Counted from the stretch's first letter, positions 49,472 through 58,783 are shown. The stretch is DNA of 64,000 nucleotides from an uncultured Chloroflexia bacterium (GCA_963727585.1 CAVSHH010000003.1:2218772-2282771), one strand, 5' to 3'. Numbers and translations: made by a program. The notes: a model not told the origin generated them from the letters alone.

Positions 49472-50872
49472 CTAGTCTACCGCAGCAGGTTGCGCCCCCT
49501 GCGAGCGCCCGACGCTGCCCAGGCGCCCGGAGCCCGCGAGCCCGAGCAGGCTGGTCACGAACGTCATCATGAGCACCGCCGCGAGCGCCCACCCCAGCCC
49601 ATCGGGGCCCGCCCGCTCGCCCGCAGCGGTGATCGCCCCGGCCACCCCCGTCCCGAGCGCGGTGCCCAGGATGTCGGCGAGCTGGAGCGAGGAGGACGCC
49701 CTCCCCTGCTCCGCGCGCGAGACCCCGCGCAGCACCACCAGCGTGACCGCCGAGTACATGAACCCCATGCCGACCCCGGGCAGGATCCAGGTGACGATCG
49801 TGATCTCCGGCGGGATGCCGGGAACCACCGCGGGCAGCGTGAGCGCCGCCCCGGCGGCGACGACCGTGAAGCCGAGCGCGACGAACCACCGGGGACCGCG
49901 GCGGTCGACGTGGCGGGCCTGGTACCAGGTGCCCGCCGTCCAGGCGACCGTGGTCGCGGTGAACACGACGCCCGTCAGGACGGGCGGCGTCCCGCGCCAC
50001 GTCTGGAGCAGCAGCGGGATGTACGCGTCCGAGGCGAAGAAGGCGAAGGTCATCACGCCCCGGAGGAACACCGCGGCGGGCACGCCCACGGCGAGCAGCA
50101 GCGTGCCGCGCGGGGTGAGCGAGCGGAAGGCGGGCACCAGCACGGCGACCCCGGCCGCGGCCCCCGCAATCACGACCCACCACTCCGTGGCCCCCAGGGC
50201 GGCGACCAGCAGGCCGGCACCGCCGGCCGCCGCGGTCGCCCGCAGGAACCGGTTCGCCGTCCGGTGCGCGGCCGGTGAGCCCGTCGGCTGGGCGCCCTCC
50301 ACGCGGCGCAGCGCCTGGAGGGCGACGCCCCCGGCGATCGCGAGCAGCGGCAGCAGCCCCAGGAACACGAAGCGCCAGCTGGTCAGCTGGCCAACCAGGG
50401 CGGCCAGGCTGGGCCCGATGATCCCGGGCACGACCCACGCGGTCGACAGCATTGCGAACATCCGGGGCTGCAGCTGCTCCGGCAGGCAGCGCCCGATCGC
50501 GGTGTATGCCGTCGGAGGGATCGCCCCGCCACCCAGCCCCTGGACGAACCGGGCCAGCACGAGGACGGGCATGGACGGGGCGAGCCCGCCGGCGAGCAGG
50601 CCGAGGGCGAACAGGGCGAGCCCCGCGGCGAACGGGCGGTGGAGCGGCATCCGGTCGAGCGCCCCGCCGGCCAGCACGATCCCCACGAGGTTGCCCAGGA
50701 AGAACGCGGAGTAGACCCAGCCGTACAGCGCGAGATCGCCCAGCTCGTCGGCGACGATGGGCATCACGGTGCCGATCGCGAGCGACTCGAGCGCGACCAG
50801 GGTGATGGTCGCAACCAGGCCGGCGGTCAGCCCGCGGAAGGCCGGGCTGAACAGGTCGGCCGTCCGCGCCAT
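49472..50872 (-). CDS. MFS transporter
   Basis: 12 to 14 predicted TM segments and an MFS motif A-like GRCLPEQLQPRM loop. Confidence 0.8.
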   Translation of the reverse strand: MARTADLFSPAFRGLTAGLVATITLVALESLAIGTVMPIVADELGDLALYGWVYSAFFLGNLVGIVLAGGALDRMPLHRPFAAGLALFALGLLAGGLAPSMPVLVLARFVQGLGGGAIPPTAYTAIGRCLPEQLQPRMFAMLSTAWVVPGIIGPSLAALVGQLTSWRFVFLGLLPLLAIAGGVALQALRRVEGAQPTGSPAAHRTANRFLRATAAAGGAGLLVAALGATEWWVVIAGAAAGVAVLVPAFRSLTPRGTLLLAVGVPAAVFLRGVMTFAFFASDAYIPLLLQTWRGTPPVLTGVVFTATTVAWTAGTWYQARHVDRRGPRWFVALGFTVVAAGAALTLPAVVPGIPPEITIVTWILPGVGMGFMYSAVTLVVLRGVSRAEQGRASSSLQLADILGTALGTGVAGAITAAGERAGPDGLGWALAAVLMMTFVTSLLGLAGSGRLGSVGRSQGAQPAAVD

Positions 50873-50962
50873 GGCGGTCAAGGGCTTGGGTGACGCGGAC
50901 ACGCCGGCCATTCTGCCCCACCGGAACCGCTCGGGCGAGGTGCGCCGGGCGGGCCGGGAAGG

Positions 50963-51919
50963 CTAGCTGCCTGCCAGCCGCTCGACCACCGGCGCGAGGG
51001 TGTCGGGGTCACCGACCATGAACGAGCTGATGCCCAGGCGCTCGCGGAGCTCCCTGAGCTTGGCCACCAGGCCGTCGACCGACCCGATGAACACATGGGG
51101 CGAGGCCAGGAAGTCGTCGACCTCGATCTCCACGCCCGTCCTTGCCCGGATGCCGTCGAGCAGGTCCGCGGCCACCTTGCGCGGCGTGTCGGTCACCAGG
51201 GGCGGGCTGCCGGTCGGGTAGACGTTGAGCTCGAGGGTGGCGAAGCGGTTGCCGGCCGCCTCGCGGACCCAGCCGATCTTCTCCTCGGTCGCCCTGAGGG
51301 TGATCGAGCGCGGGTCGCTCCGAACGAGCGGTCCATCACCGCCCGGCATGGTGCGCGGCGCCAGGCCCACGATGTCGGCCTCCCGTCCCGCCAGCGACAG
51401 GACGCGCTGGCCGCCGCCGCCGATGAACAGCGGCGGATGCGGCTGCTGGACCGGGCGCGGCAGGCCGGCGTGATCCGTGATCGCGTAGTGCTCGCCGCGG
51501 AACGAGTACGGCTCGCCGCGGAATGCGCCCTTGACCACGGCCACGGCCTCGGCCAGGCGCGCCACCCGCACCGGACCGGGGTCGAACGGGATGCCGAGGG
51601 CATCGTACTCGGGCCGGTTCCAGCCGGCGCCCATCGCCACTTCCACCCGACCGTCGGACAGCACGTCGAGCGTGGCCAGGTCCTGGGCCAGGAGCGCCGG
51701 GTGGCGCAGGTCGTTGTTGGCCACGAACGGCGCCAACCGCAGGCGCTCGGTTGCAGCCGCCGCCCAGGTCAGGACCGGGAGCATGGCGAGATCGTTCACC
51801 ACGTGGTCCGGGTAGACAAACGCGCTATAGCCCATCGATTCCGCTCGGCGTGCTGCCTCGGTCAGCGCCCTGCCGCCGGCAACCTCGTCCGGCCCGGCGA
51901 GGAAGCGGAACGGTCTCAC
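50963..51919 (-). CDS. LLM-class F420-dependent (luciferase-like) oxidoreductase
   Basis: TIM-barrel LLM signatures are present (SMGYSAFVYPDHV ... RLAPFVANNDLRHPALLAQDLATLDVLSDGRVEVAMGAGW ... PLFIGGGGQRVLSLAGREADIVGL). GTG start overlaps the stop of the upstream paralogue (GTGA). Confidence 0.75.
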   Translation of the reverse strand: MRPFRFLAGPDEVAGGRALTEAARRAESMGYSAFVYPDHVVNDLAMLPVLTWAAAATERLRLAPFVANNDLRHPALLAQDLATLDVLSDGRVEVAMGAGWNRPEYDALGIPFDPGPVRVARLAEAVAVVKGAFRGEPYSFRGEHYAITDHAGLPRPVQQPHPPLFIGGGGQRVLSLAGREADIVGLAPRTMPGGDGPLVRSDPRSITLRATEEKIGWVREAAGNRFATLELNVYPTGSPPLVTDTPRKVAADLLDGIRARTGVEIEVDDFLASPHVFIGSVDGLVAKLRELRERLGISSFMVGDPDTLAPVVERLAGS

Positions 51920-52861
51920 CCGCCGATCGCTCGCAATACCTGGCCCACGACCGCGATCTGCTCGGGCGTGCGGTACAGGTTGTTGTTGAACGTGAACCCG
52001 GTGAACCCGGCGTCCAGGTACGGCCGGAGAGCATCGGCCACCTGGTCGGGCGTGCCTGCGGCAACGTGGGCCCGCCGCTCCGCGGGCAGCTGGTCCCGCA
52101 GGGCTTCGGCCCCGGCCTCGGTCGCAGCCACGATGACCGGTGCCACCATGGTCCGCTCGATCTCGCCCGGATCGCGTCCGATCGTCTCGCAGTAGCCGGC
52201 CAGGACCTCGGTCTTGTGGTTGAGTGCATCGATGCCCAGCGGGAACCAGTGCGTCAGGTCCGCATGCTTGGCCGCGATCCGCAGCGTGCGCTGCTCGCCG
52301 CCACCACCGACCAGGATTTCGGGGGCCGCCGGGCTGGAGCGGCCGCGGCTGGTTGATCACGTCGCGCGTACGGTAGTGAACGCCGTCGAACGACGAGCGC
52401 TCCTCGCGGAACATGCCGCGCACGATGGACAGGGCCTCGTCCAGGCGGTCCATGCGCTCACGGATGGGCGGGAACGGGAAGCCGAAGCTGTCGTGCTCCG
52501 CCTCGAACCAGGCGGCGCCGAGGCCGAACACCGCCCGTCCGCCGGACACGACGTCGAGCGTGGTCGCCGTCTTGGCGAGCAGCGCGGGATTGCGATAGGT
52601 GACGCCGGTGACCAGCGTCCCAAGGCGCACGCGTGTCGTCTCGCGAGCGAGAGCGGCGAGCACGCTCCATCCCTCGAGCATCGGCTCGTCCTGGCGGCCG
52701 ATGCCGGGGATCTGGTTGAGATGGTCCATCACGGTGACCAGTCCGAACCCGGCCGCCTCGGCGGCGCGCGCCTGGACGACGACGCGGTCGAAGGTGTGTT
52801 CCGGCGGCGTGTCGGGGAAGGTGAACAGGGGCAGGTGGAAGCCGAACCAGGGTGTCGTCAT
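51916..52861 (-). pseudogene. LLM-class F420-dependent oxidoreductase, apparent +1 frameshift in a C5/G5 homopolymer (pseudogene, sequencing error or recoding)
   Basis: The N-terminal 185 aa (MTTPWFGFHLPLFTF ... VINQPRPLQPGGP) are in one frame. The conserved continuation (EILVGGGGEQRTLRIAAKHADLTHW ... NNNLYRTPEQIAVVGQVLRAIGG) is in the +1 frame. The junction is the run gggggc at about 52319-52325 on the plus strand. Removing one G/C restores a full-length LLM protein. Confidence 0.6.
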
Positions 52862-52951
52862 GCCCCAAGGATGCCGCGGAGGCTTGATTGTGGCGAGCCC
52901 GGAGGCCCATTGCCCTCGCGGGGCGCGGCGCCGGATGACGGCGCGGTGTCG

Positions 52952-53530
52952 ATGGGCGACACTGGAGCCATGGAATCCGTCGATCACGCCGCCCCAGCGC
53001 CCCAGGCCCGCGACTTCGCGCCCAGCCTCGAGACCGTGCGCGCCGCCCCGGCCGACCGGGGACGCGTCGAGTCCATCGTGCTGCGCCCGGCCGTCGATGA
53101 GCGCATCGTGGTCCAGGCGGCGATCGTGGACACTGACGGAGGCGTCGTCGGGGACAGCTGGCGATCCCGGGGCAGTGGCAGCCGCTCGCCGAACCCGAGT
53201 GCGCAGGTGACCGTGATGAGTGTCCGTGCGCTGGCGGCCATCGAGGCCGACCCGTCGCGCTGGCCGCTGGCCGGCGACCAGCTCCTCGTGGACGCCGACC
53301 TGAGCGTCACCAACTTGCCCGCCGGCAGCCGGTTCGCCGTCGGCGACGTGATCCTCGAGGTCAGCGAGACCCCCCACACGGGCTGCTCCAAGTTCAGGGC
53401 CCGGTTCGGCGCCGATGCGCTGCGCTGGGTCAACTCGCCCGATGGCCGCGAGCTGCGGCTGCGCGGCGTGAACACACGCGTCATCCAGGGCGGCGCCGTG
53501 CAGGTCGGGGACGTGATCCGGAAGGTCTAG
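52952..53530 (+). CDS. MOSC domain-containing protein
   Basis: MOSC beta-barrel with the conserved cysteine (GDVILEVSETPHTGCSKFRARFG). Divergent from the LLM pair. Confidence 0.7.
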   Translation: MGDTGAMESVDHAAPAPQARDFAPSLETVRAAPADRGRVESIVLRPAVDERIVVQAAIVDTDGGVVGDSWRSRGSGSRSPNPSAQVTVMSVRALAAIEADPSRWPLAGDQLLVDADLSVTNLPAGSRFAVGDVILEVSETPHTGCSKFRARFGADALRWVNSPDGRELRLRGVNTRVIQGGAVQVGDVIRKV

Positions 53531-53563
53531 CCGGGCCGCGGCCGGTCACGGCCGCGGCCCCGC

Positions 53564-54142
53564 CTACCAGGCGTCCCCGGGTCGCCACTCGCAGCTCAGC
53601 GCCTCCGTCCCCGCCAGCGGCGGCGTGCGCGGCGTGCGGAGCACCATGATGTAGCCGTCCTCGGCAGCAGTTCGCTCGAGCCCGGTCGGCGTCCGGACCC
53701 AGGTCGGCCCGCGCCACGTCTCCCAGCCCAGCGGCGCGTAGAGCCCGTGGACGGCGGTGCCCAGTGCGCCGAGCTCGAAGCCCTCCCGGATGTGGGCGTT
53801 CGCCAGATCCATGAGGCGGCTCGCGATCCCGCGGTGCCGCCAGTCCGGGTGGGTCGCCACCGCTTCAACGTACCCGGTCGCCAGCGGCCGGCCGGCCGCC
53901 TCGAGCATGCGTGGCACGACGCTCGCGTGGCTGACGATCCGGCCACCTGACTCGGCGATCCAGTGCACGCCACCCATCGCGTGGTCTGCGTCCTCGGGAG
54001 TGAACTCCCCGTCCGGCCAGCAGGTTTGGAACAGGTCGAGGAGCTGCGCGAGATCGGCCGCCGAGAGGTCCGCGGTCACCGACCGGCGGATGGCAACCGG
54101 GTCCGGGATGGATGTCGTCACCGGTCGATCATCGGCCATCAT
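53564..54142 (-). CDS. GNAT acetyltransferase, aminoglycoside 2'-N-acetyltransferase AAC(2')-like
   Basis: YVEAVATHPDWRHRGIASRLM plus the C-terminal LSCEWRPGDAW closely parallel the mycobacterial AAC(2')-I motifs (YVEGVAV..DWRGQ ... CDWRAGDVW), as I recall them. Confidence 0.7.
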   Translation of the reverse strand: MMADDRPVTTSIPDPVAIRRSVTADLSAADLAQLLDLFQTCWPDGEFTPEDADHAMGGVHWIAESGGRIVSHASVVPRMLEAAGRPLATGYVEAVATHPDWRHRGIASRLMDLANAHIREGFELGALGTAVHGLYAPLGWETWRGPTWVRTPTGLERTAAEDGYIMVLRTPRTPPLAGTEALSCEWRPGDAW

Positions 54143-54174
54143 GGAGTCCGACGTCGTCTTCGGGAGACCCAGTG

Positions 54175-54525
54175 ATGACCGGTGACCTGCGCGACACCCT
54201 CCGCCGCCTCGAGATCGCCCTCGCCTCGGCCGATCCGGCGGGCATCGACGGTGGCCTGCCCGCCCTCCTCGCCGATGACTTCCTCGAGTTCGGTGCGAGC
54301 GGCCGCACGTGGGATGTGGCGACGACGCGGGAGGCGCTGGCCGGCGCCGCGTTCCACGAACCGGTCGATCTGTTCGACTTCGAGATCATCGAACTGGCCC
54401 CCGACGTCGTCCTGGCCACCTACCGCCTCGGCGAGCCTCGCCCGTCGAACCGGTCGACCATCTGGGTCCGGCGCGACGGGCGCTGGCAGGTCCGCTTCCA
54501 CCAGGGAACGCTGCGGGCCTCATAG
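54175..54525 (+). CDS. NTF2-like / SnoaL-DUF4440 domain protein
   Basis: ATG at 54175 with a GGGAG Shine-Dalgarno. Sequence LLADDFLEFGASGRTWD ... IWVRRDGRWQVRFHQGT fits the NTF2-like alpha+beta cone fold. Confidence 0.55.
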   Translation: MTGDLRDTLRRLEIALASADPAGIDGGLPALLADDFLEFGASGRTWDVATTREALAGAAFHEPVDLFDFEIIELAPDVVLATYRLGEPRPSNRSTIWVRRDGRWQVRFHQGTLRAS

Positions 54526-54564
54526 CGCGCAGTCGCTCGGGGGGAAGTCCCGACCGCGATCCCC

Positions 54565-54936
54565 TCAGGAGGAGGTCGCAATCGGCGCCACCTCGTCGAG
54601 CCGGATCCGCACGATCCGGCCGACCAGCTCCAGTGGCAGGGGCCGACGGAGCGGGAACCGGAGCGTGCCGCGGCCCTTGACGTAGGGCGCGACCTCGTCG
54701 CCCAGCCGGTCGATCACCACCTGGCTCGCCGGGAACAGGCTGTCGTGCCTCGCGTAGGCCCCGATCGAGCACAGGAAGCGTCCGCCGACCCGGTAGGCCG
54801 GCATGTCGTAGGCGATCACCTCGTCGGCATCGGGAGCCGCCGCACGCACCGCCGCGCGGAGCGGTTCGAACCGCTCGCGGCGATCGGCGGACAGGGCGTC
54901 GAGGTACGCCGCCACGGTGGCGGGCTTGGCGGCCAT
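54565..54936 (-). CDS. DUF1801 (YdhG-like) domain protein
   Basis: ATG at 54936 with a GGAGG Shine-Dalgarno. VAAYLDALSADRRERFEPLRAAVRAAAPDADEVIAYDMPAYRVGGRFLC is typical of DUF1801. Confidence 0.6.
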   Translation of the reverse strand: MAAKPATVAAYLDALSADRRERFEPLRAAVRAAAPDADEVIAYDMPAYRVGGRFLCSIGAYARHDSLFPASQVVIDRLGDEVAPYVKGRGTLRFPLRRPLPLELVGRIVRIRLDEVAPIATSS

Positions 54937-55037
54937 GGGTCGGTCCTCCGATGGGACACGGGTCGGTGGATCAGGGGGATCATGGCGCGCTGCGGTGGGT
55001 GGGACGCGGCCATCCGCGCGTCCTGCCAGCGGATCGA

Positions 55038-55550
55038 TCAGGCGCCCGGTGCCGGCACCTCCTCCAGCCGCCCCCGCGAGGCCGCAAAATCCCACACGTC
55101 GATGTCGGGCGGGAGCAAACCGAGGTTGGTCAGCGCGGTGCAGACCTGGCTCCGGTGGTCCGTCCCGTGGTGGATCGCCTGGGCGAGCCGGATTCCGAGT
55201 GGGGCGCGGCTCTCGGAGCCGTCCTCGTGGCGACGCACCAGCATCTCGTCGGGATCGAGCTCGCCCGCCAGCAGCTCCGCCCAGACCTGGCCGTTGGCGC
55301 CCATGGCCAGCCGCAGCTCCACGAGACCCATGGACTCCTCGTCGATCTGCTCGATCCGACCATCGGACAGCAGGTTCAGGTACGAGCAGTCGGCGCCGAC
55401 GAGGTGGCGCATCGTGTCCAGGATCGAGCCGTACGTGCCCGGGACGGGATTGTCCAGCTGCTCCTCGGTGAGCTCCAGGCATGCATCGAGGAGCCGCAGC
55501 GTGGCCCAGACATGGTGGTCGAAGGCGTCGGTGAGGATCGGTCTGCTCAT
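55038..55550 (-). CDS. DinB/YfiT-like (DinB_2) family protein
   Basis: Four-helix-bundle metal-binding His pattern (HHVWATLRLL ... MRHLVGADCSYL ... AIHHGTDHRSQ). Confidence 0.65.
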   Translation of the reverse strand: MSRPILTDAFDHHVWATLRLLDACLELTEEQLDNPVPGTYGSILDTMRHLVGADCSYLNLLSDGRIEQIDEESMGLVELRLAMGANGQVWAELLAGELDPDEMLVRRHEDGSESRAPLGIRLAQAIHHGTDHRSQVCTALTNLGLLPPDIDVWDFAASRGRLEEVPAPGA

Positions 55551-55620
55551 GCGCCGACCCTACCACCGCTCGCGGCCACCTTCCGCGACCACCGTCTCTC
55601 GATCCCGGCTCCAGGAGGCG

Positions 55621-56271
55621 TCATCCGGCGCCCCCCGCCGGCCCGATGGGGGCGCGCGGGTACTGCTGGAAGAACGGCAGCCCGTCGGGCAACGTGGCAT
55701 TCCAGGCGGTGATGATCCCGTTCAGCAGGTACAAGGCGAGCCAGGCCACCACGACCACACTCGCGACCAGGATCAGCGTGCGCCGCAGCGGCGACCAGCG
55801 TTCCGGCCGCGGGTCCATCCCCGCCTGGCGACGCAGGTACCCCTGGTTGTTGCCGACGAGGACGGCGGGCACCCCGCCGATCAACAGGATCGAGGCGGTG
55901 ACGTCGGGCGAGGCGATGGCGCCGGCGGCGAACGCGATGGCAAGCCACGCGACGATCAGCGGGGTCCATGGCCAGGTCGCCCGGGCCGGGAAGCGCAGCC
56001 GGTAAATGGTGACGGCCACCAGCGCCAGGAGCGGCCCGAAGACGAGGGCGGCCCGGATCGGATCGAGCTCCGCCTCGACGACGAACGGGGGCACCAGCGC
56101 CGGGTCCGCCAGGAACCCGGGAACGAGCAGCGTGCCTGCCAGCCAGTACGCCAGGGTGGCGAGGGCCACGAACAGGACGACGTCGGCCACCTGGAGCAGT
56201 CTCGGGCGGCGGCTGTTCCGGCGCTCGCGGGCCAGGAGGCTGGTCGTCGATCCTTGTCGAGACACGGTCAC
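55621..56271 (-). CDS. hypothetical integral membrane protein
   Basis: GTG at 56271 with a GGAGG Shine-Dalgarno. About 5 TM helices. The upstream part of the ORF is low-complexity. Confidence 0.45.
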   Translation of the reverse strand: MTVSRQGSTTSLLARERRNSRRPRLLQVADVVLFVALATLAYWLAGTLLVPGFLADPALVPPFVVEAELDPIRAALVFGPLLALVAVTIYRLRFPARATWPWTPLIVAWLAIAFAAGAIASPDVTASILLIGGVPAVLVGNNQGYLRRQAGMDPRPERWSPLRRTLILVASVVVVAWLALYLLNGIITAWNATLPDGLPFFQQYPRAPIGPAGGAG

Positions 56272-56479
56272 GGTGCGCCTCCGATCGTGCCCCGAATGAT
56301 AGATCGCCGCGGATCCGGTCCGGACGATGATTTCAGGGCGGCGGTGGGATCGGGCTGCCACGAGGCCGCCCCAGCCCGGCAACACCGGTGGCCCGTAACG
56401 ATCTCCGGACGCCGGGGGCGAGAATGTGGGCCGCAATGGCGAAGATTGGAGGCGTCCCGTGTTCAGGCTGAGCGAAGGC

Positions 56480-56932
56480 ATGGAGATCGAGCGACCGGCG
56501 GCGACCGTCTGGCCGTATCTCAAAGCGCTCGAGCAGGTCCCGCTCTGGGAGCACGGCATCCTCCACGTGAAGCAGGTGGACCCCGGACCCCCGGTCGTCG
56601 GCATGCGGTTCACGGCCGGGCGGATCTATGCGGGGAAGGCCACCCATCTCGAAGGCGATGTGCGCACGCTGGAGGATGGCCACCTCATGACCGCGGCGCT
56701 GCGCGGAGGCCCCCACGTCGAATCACTGGTGACGTACGCCGTCGACCCGATCGGTTCCGATCGGTGTCGAGTCACCTACAGTGCCACCGGCCGACTCCGG
56801 TTCCCGCTCAACCTGCTCGACCCGCTGTACCCGGCCCTGGGTCGCGCGGAGACGCGCAGGAACCTGACCCGGCTGCGCCGTCGGATCCTGGCCGGCATCC
56901 CGCCCACCTCGAGCGCGCCCACCCCGGACTGA
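56480..56932 (+). CDS. SRPBCC (polyketide cyclase/START-like) family protein
   Basis: MEIERPAATVWPYLKALEQVPLWEHGI is typical of SRPBCC N-termini. Confidence 0.6.
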   Translation: MEIERPAATVWPYLKALEQVPLWEHGILHVKQVDPGPPVVGMRFTAGRIYAGKATHLEGDVRTLEDGHLMTAALRGGPHVESLVTYAVDPIGSDRCRVTYSATGRLRFPLNLLDPLYPALGRAETRRNLTRLRRRILAGIPPTSSAPTPD

Positions 56933-57298
56933 CGCTGCCCTGACGACATCAACGCCCGCGGGCCGAGCGGAGGGAGGGCCGGTCATGGCGCCAACCAGGA
57001 ACCCACCACCATCGAGTGCCCCGATCGTGGACGTGTCCGACCGCCGGAATGCCCAGGGCTCCGGGCTTCCGCACGCGGGCATACTTGCCATGCCCTCGAG
57101 CGCGTTGCCGGCCCTTCGCGACGCGTAGCCGCCCTCCCGAACCATCGCGTGGGAAGGCTGCCGTCGCCGCCTGCTCGCGGCTCCCGCGAACCAAGGGGCC
57201 GTCCTGCCGTCGCTCGTGGGGCCGATCGCGGCTGCGGCGTTCGCGCGCCCTGACGCGACGCGGCGCGCTGATCGCGGACGGGTCGAGCCCGCCCGTCA

Positions 57299-57964
57299 TC
57301 ATGGAGTGAACAGCTTCCAGTGCCCCTCGGAGACGACCTCGACCGCGCCGTCGACCACCTTGATTGCCGTCTGGTCGTCCATCGCGTAGCCCGGCACGGA
57401 CAGACCGGCGGCCCACCGCTCCGCGTCGGCCATGGTGTTCTCCGGCAGCTCCGGATGATCCAGGTGCGGGAACATCGCGAAGTCGACCATGCCCAGCGCC
57501 TCGTCGCCGCCGGTGGGCCGGGTCCACTGGGCGAACTCGTCCGCGATCCCGGGCGCCAGGACGAGGCTCCCGCCGCTCAATCCCACGTAGACCGCCCGCA
57601 GCGACGGCAGCAGGTCGGCGAGCCCCGACCGCCGCATCCAGCCGCCGAGGTAGACGGCGTCGCCGCCGTTCACCAGCAGGACGTCGGCCTCCCGGAGCGC
57701 GGGAACCCACTGCTCCTGGTCGATGCTGGGCAGGGCGGTCAGTTCGAGAACGCCCACCGACCTCCAGCCCAGCTCGACCATGGGGGTCCGGGGCTCCCGG
57801 CCGGCGATGAAGTTCCAGGCGAGGCTGGCCCCGCCCTGGAGGGGGTAGCTGGCAGTTGCGATGCACAGCGCGCGGCATGCGGCGATCGGCCGACCCAGCA
57901 GGTCGGCCAGCGCGGCGTGGATGCTCGGGTTGGTGACGCCGGCCGACGTCAGCAGCAGCTTCAC
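57299..57964 (-). CDS. peptidase S51 (dipeptidase E-like) / type-1 glutamine amidotransferase-like protein
   Basis: LLTSAGV ... VNGGDAVYL ... GLSGGSLVLAP is the peptidase E nucleophile-elbow pattern. Confidence 0.7.
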   Translation of the reverse strand: MKLLLTSAGVTNPSIHAALADLLGRPIAACRALCIATASYPLQGGASLAWNFIAGREPRTPMVELGWRSVGVLELTALPSIDQEQWVPALREADVLLVNGGDAVYLGGWMRRSGLADLLPSLRAVYVGLSGGSLVLAPGIADEFAQWTRPTGGDEALGMVDFAMFPHLDHPELPENTMADAERWAAGLSVPGYAMDDQTAIKVVDGAVEVVSEGHWKLFTP

Positions 57965-57994
57965 GATGGCTCTCCTTGTCGTGAGTCGGACAGC

Positions 57995-58783
57995 CTACGG
58001 CTTCACGCCGCTCGCTGCGAACACCCGGTGCGGGATCGACAGCTCGCCCGGGAACTCCGCGGCGAGCAGGGCCGTGAGGTCGCGGTCGAATCGCTCCACG
58101 TCGGCCGGTTCGAGCGACGGGCCGATGCCGTTGCAGGTCCGCATCCGTCCCCGCCAGGCCTCGTGCGTGAAGGTGACGTTCACCGTGTAGCTGAAGCTCT
58201 CGACGTCCCGGAAGCCCGCCTCGTCAATCGCCCGGACCTGCTCCGGGTGGATCCCCCGCCAGCCGGCCTTCGGCCAGCCGGGGTTGTGGTCGAGCACGAG
58301 TGCCTCGGTACGGCTGCAGACGTTGCCCGGCAGCAGCAGATAGCTGAAGTCGCAGATGAGCAGCCGGCCGCCACTCACGAGCAGGCGGGCGGCCTCACGG
58401 GCCGCGAGGTCGCTGTCGAACCACCACCAGCACTGGCCGGCGCTGACGAGGTCGACGCTCGCCGCGGGCAGCTCTGTGGCCTCGGCGGAACCCTCGACGA
58501 ACTCCGCATCGAGCCTGCGGACGGCCGCGTGGCGGCGCGCGACGTCCAGCAGATCCGACGCGATGTCGAGCCCCGTGACGGTCATCCCGCGGGTCGCGAA
58601 GGCCAGGGCGAGGGCGCCGGTCCCGGTCCCGAGGTCGAGCACGCGTCTGCCGGGTGCGATCCAGCCGACCTGCCCCAGGCGGTCGAAGAAGGAGTCGGGA
58701 AAGCCGGGCCGGTAGCGGTCGTAATCGGCGGCGGCCCGCCCGAAGTCGATCTGCCTGCCCTCGTGGTCTCGCATGCCGCTCAT
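57995..58783 (-). CDS. class I SAM-dependent methyltransferase
   Basis: Motif I (VLDLGTGTGALALAFA) and motif post-I (GLDIASDLL). Confidence 0.8.
   Translation of the reverse strand: MSGMRDHEGRQIDFGRAAADYDRYRPGFPDSFFDRLGQVGWIAPGRRVLDLGTGTGALALAFATRGMTVTGLDIASDLLDVARRHAAVRRLDAEFVEGSAEATELPAASVDLVSAGQCWWWFDSDLAAREAARLLVSGGRLLICDFSYLLLPGNVCSRTEALVLDHNPGWPKAGWRGIHPEQVRAIDEAGFRDVESFSYTVNVTFTHEAWRGRMRTCNGIGPSLEPADVERFDRDLTALLAAEFPGELSIPHRVFAASGVKP

Noticed and set aside
50963-53377. 804-aa ORF in the track
   Set aside because: It is a composite of antisense sequence, the N-terminal part of the frameshifted LLM gene, its out-of-frame middle, and the intact second LLM gene. It was resolved into 50963-51919 and 51916-52861.
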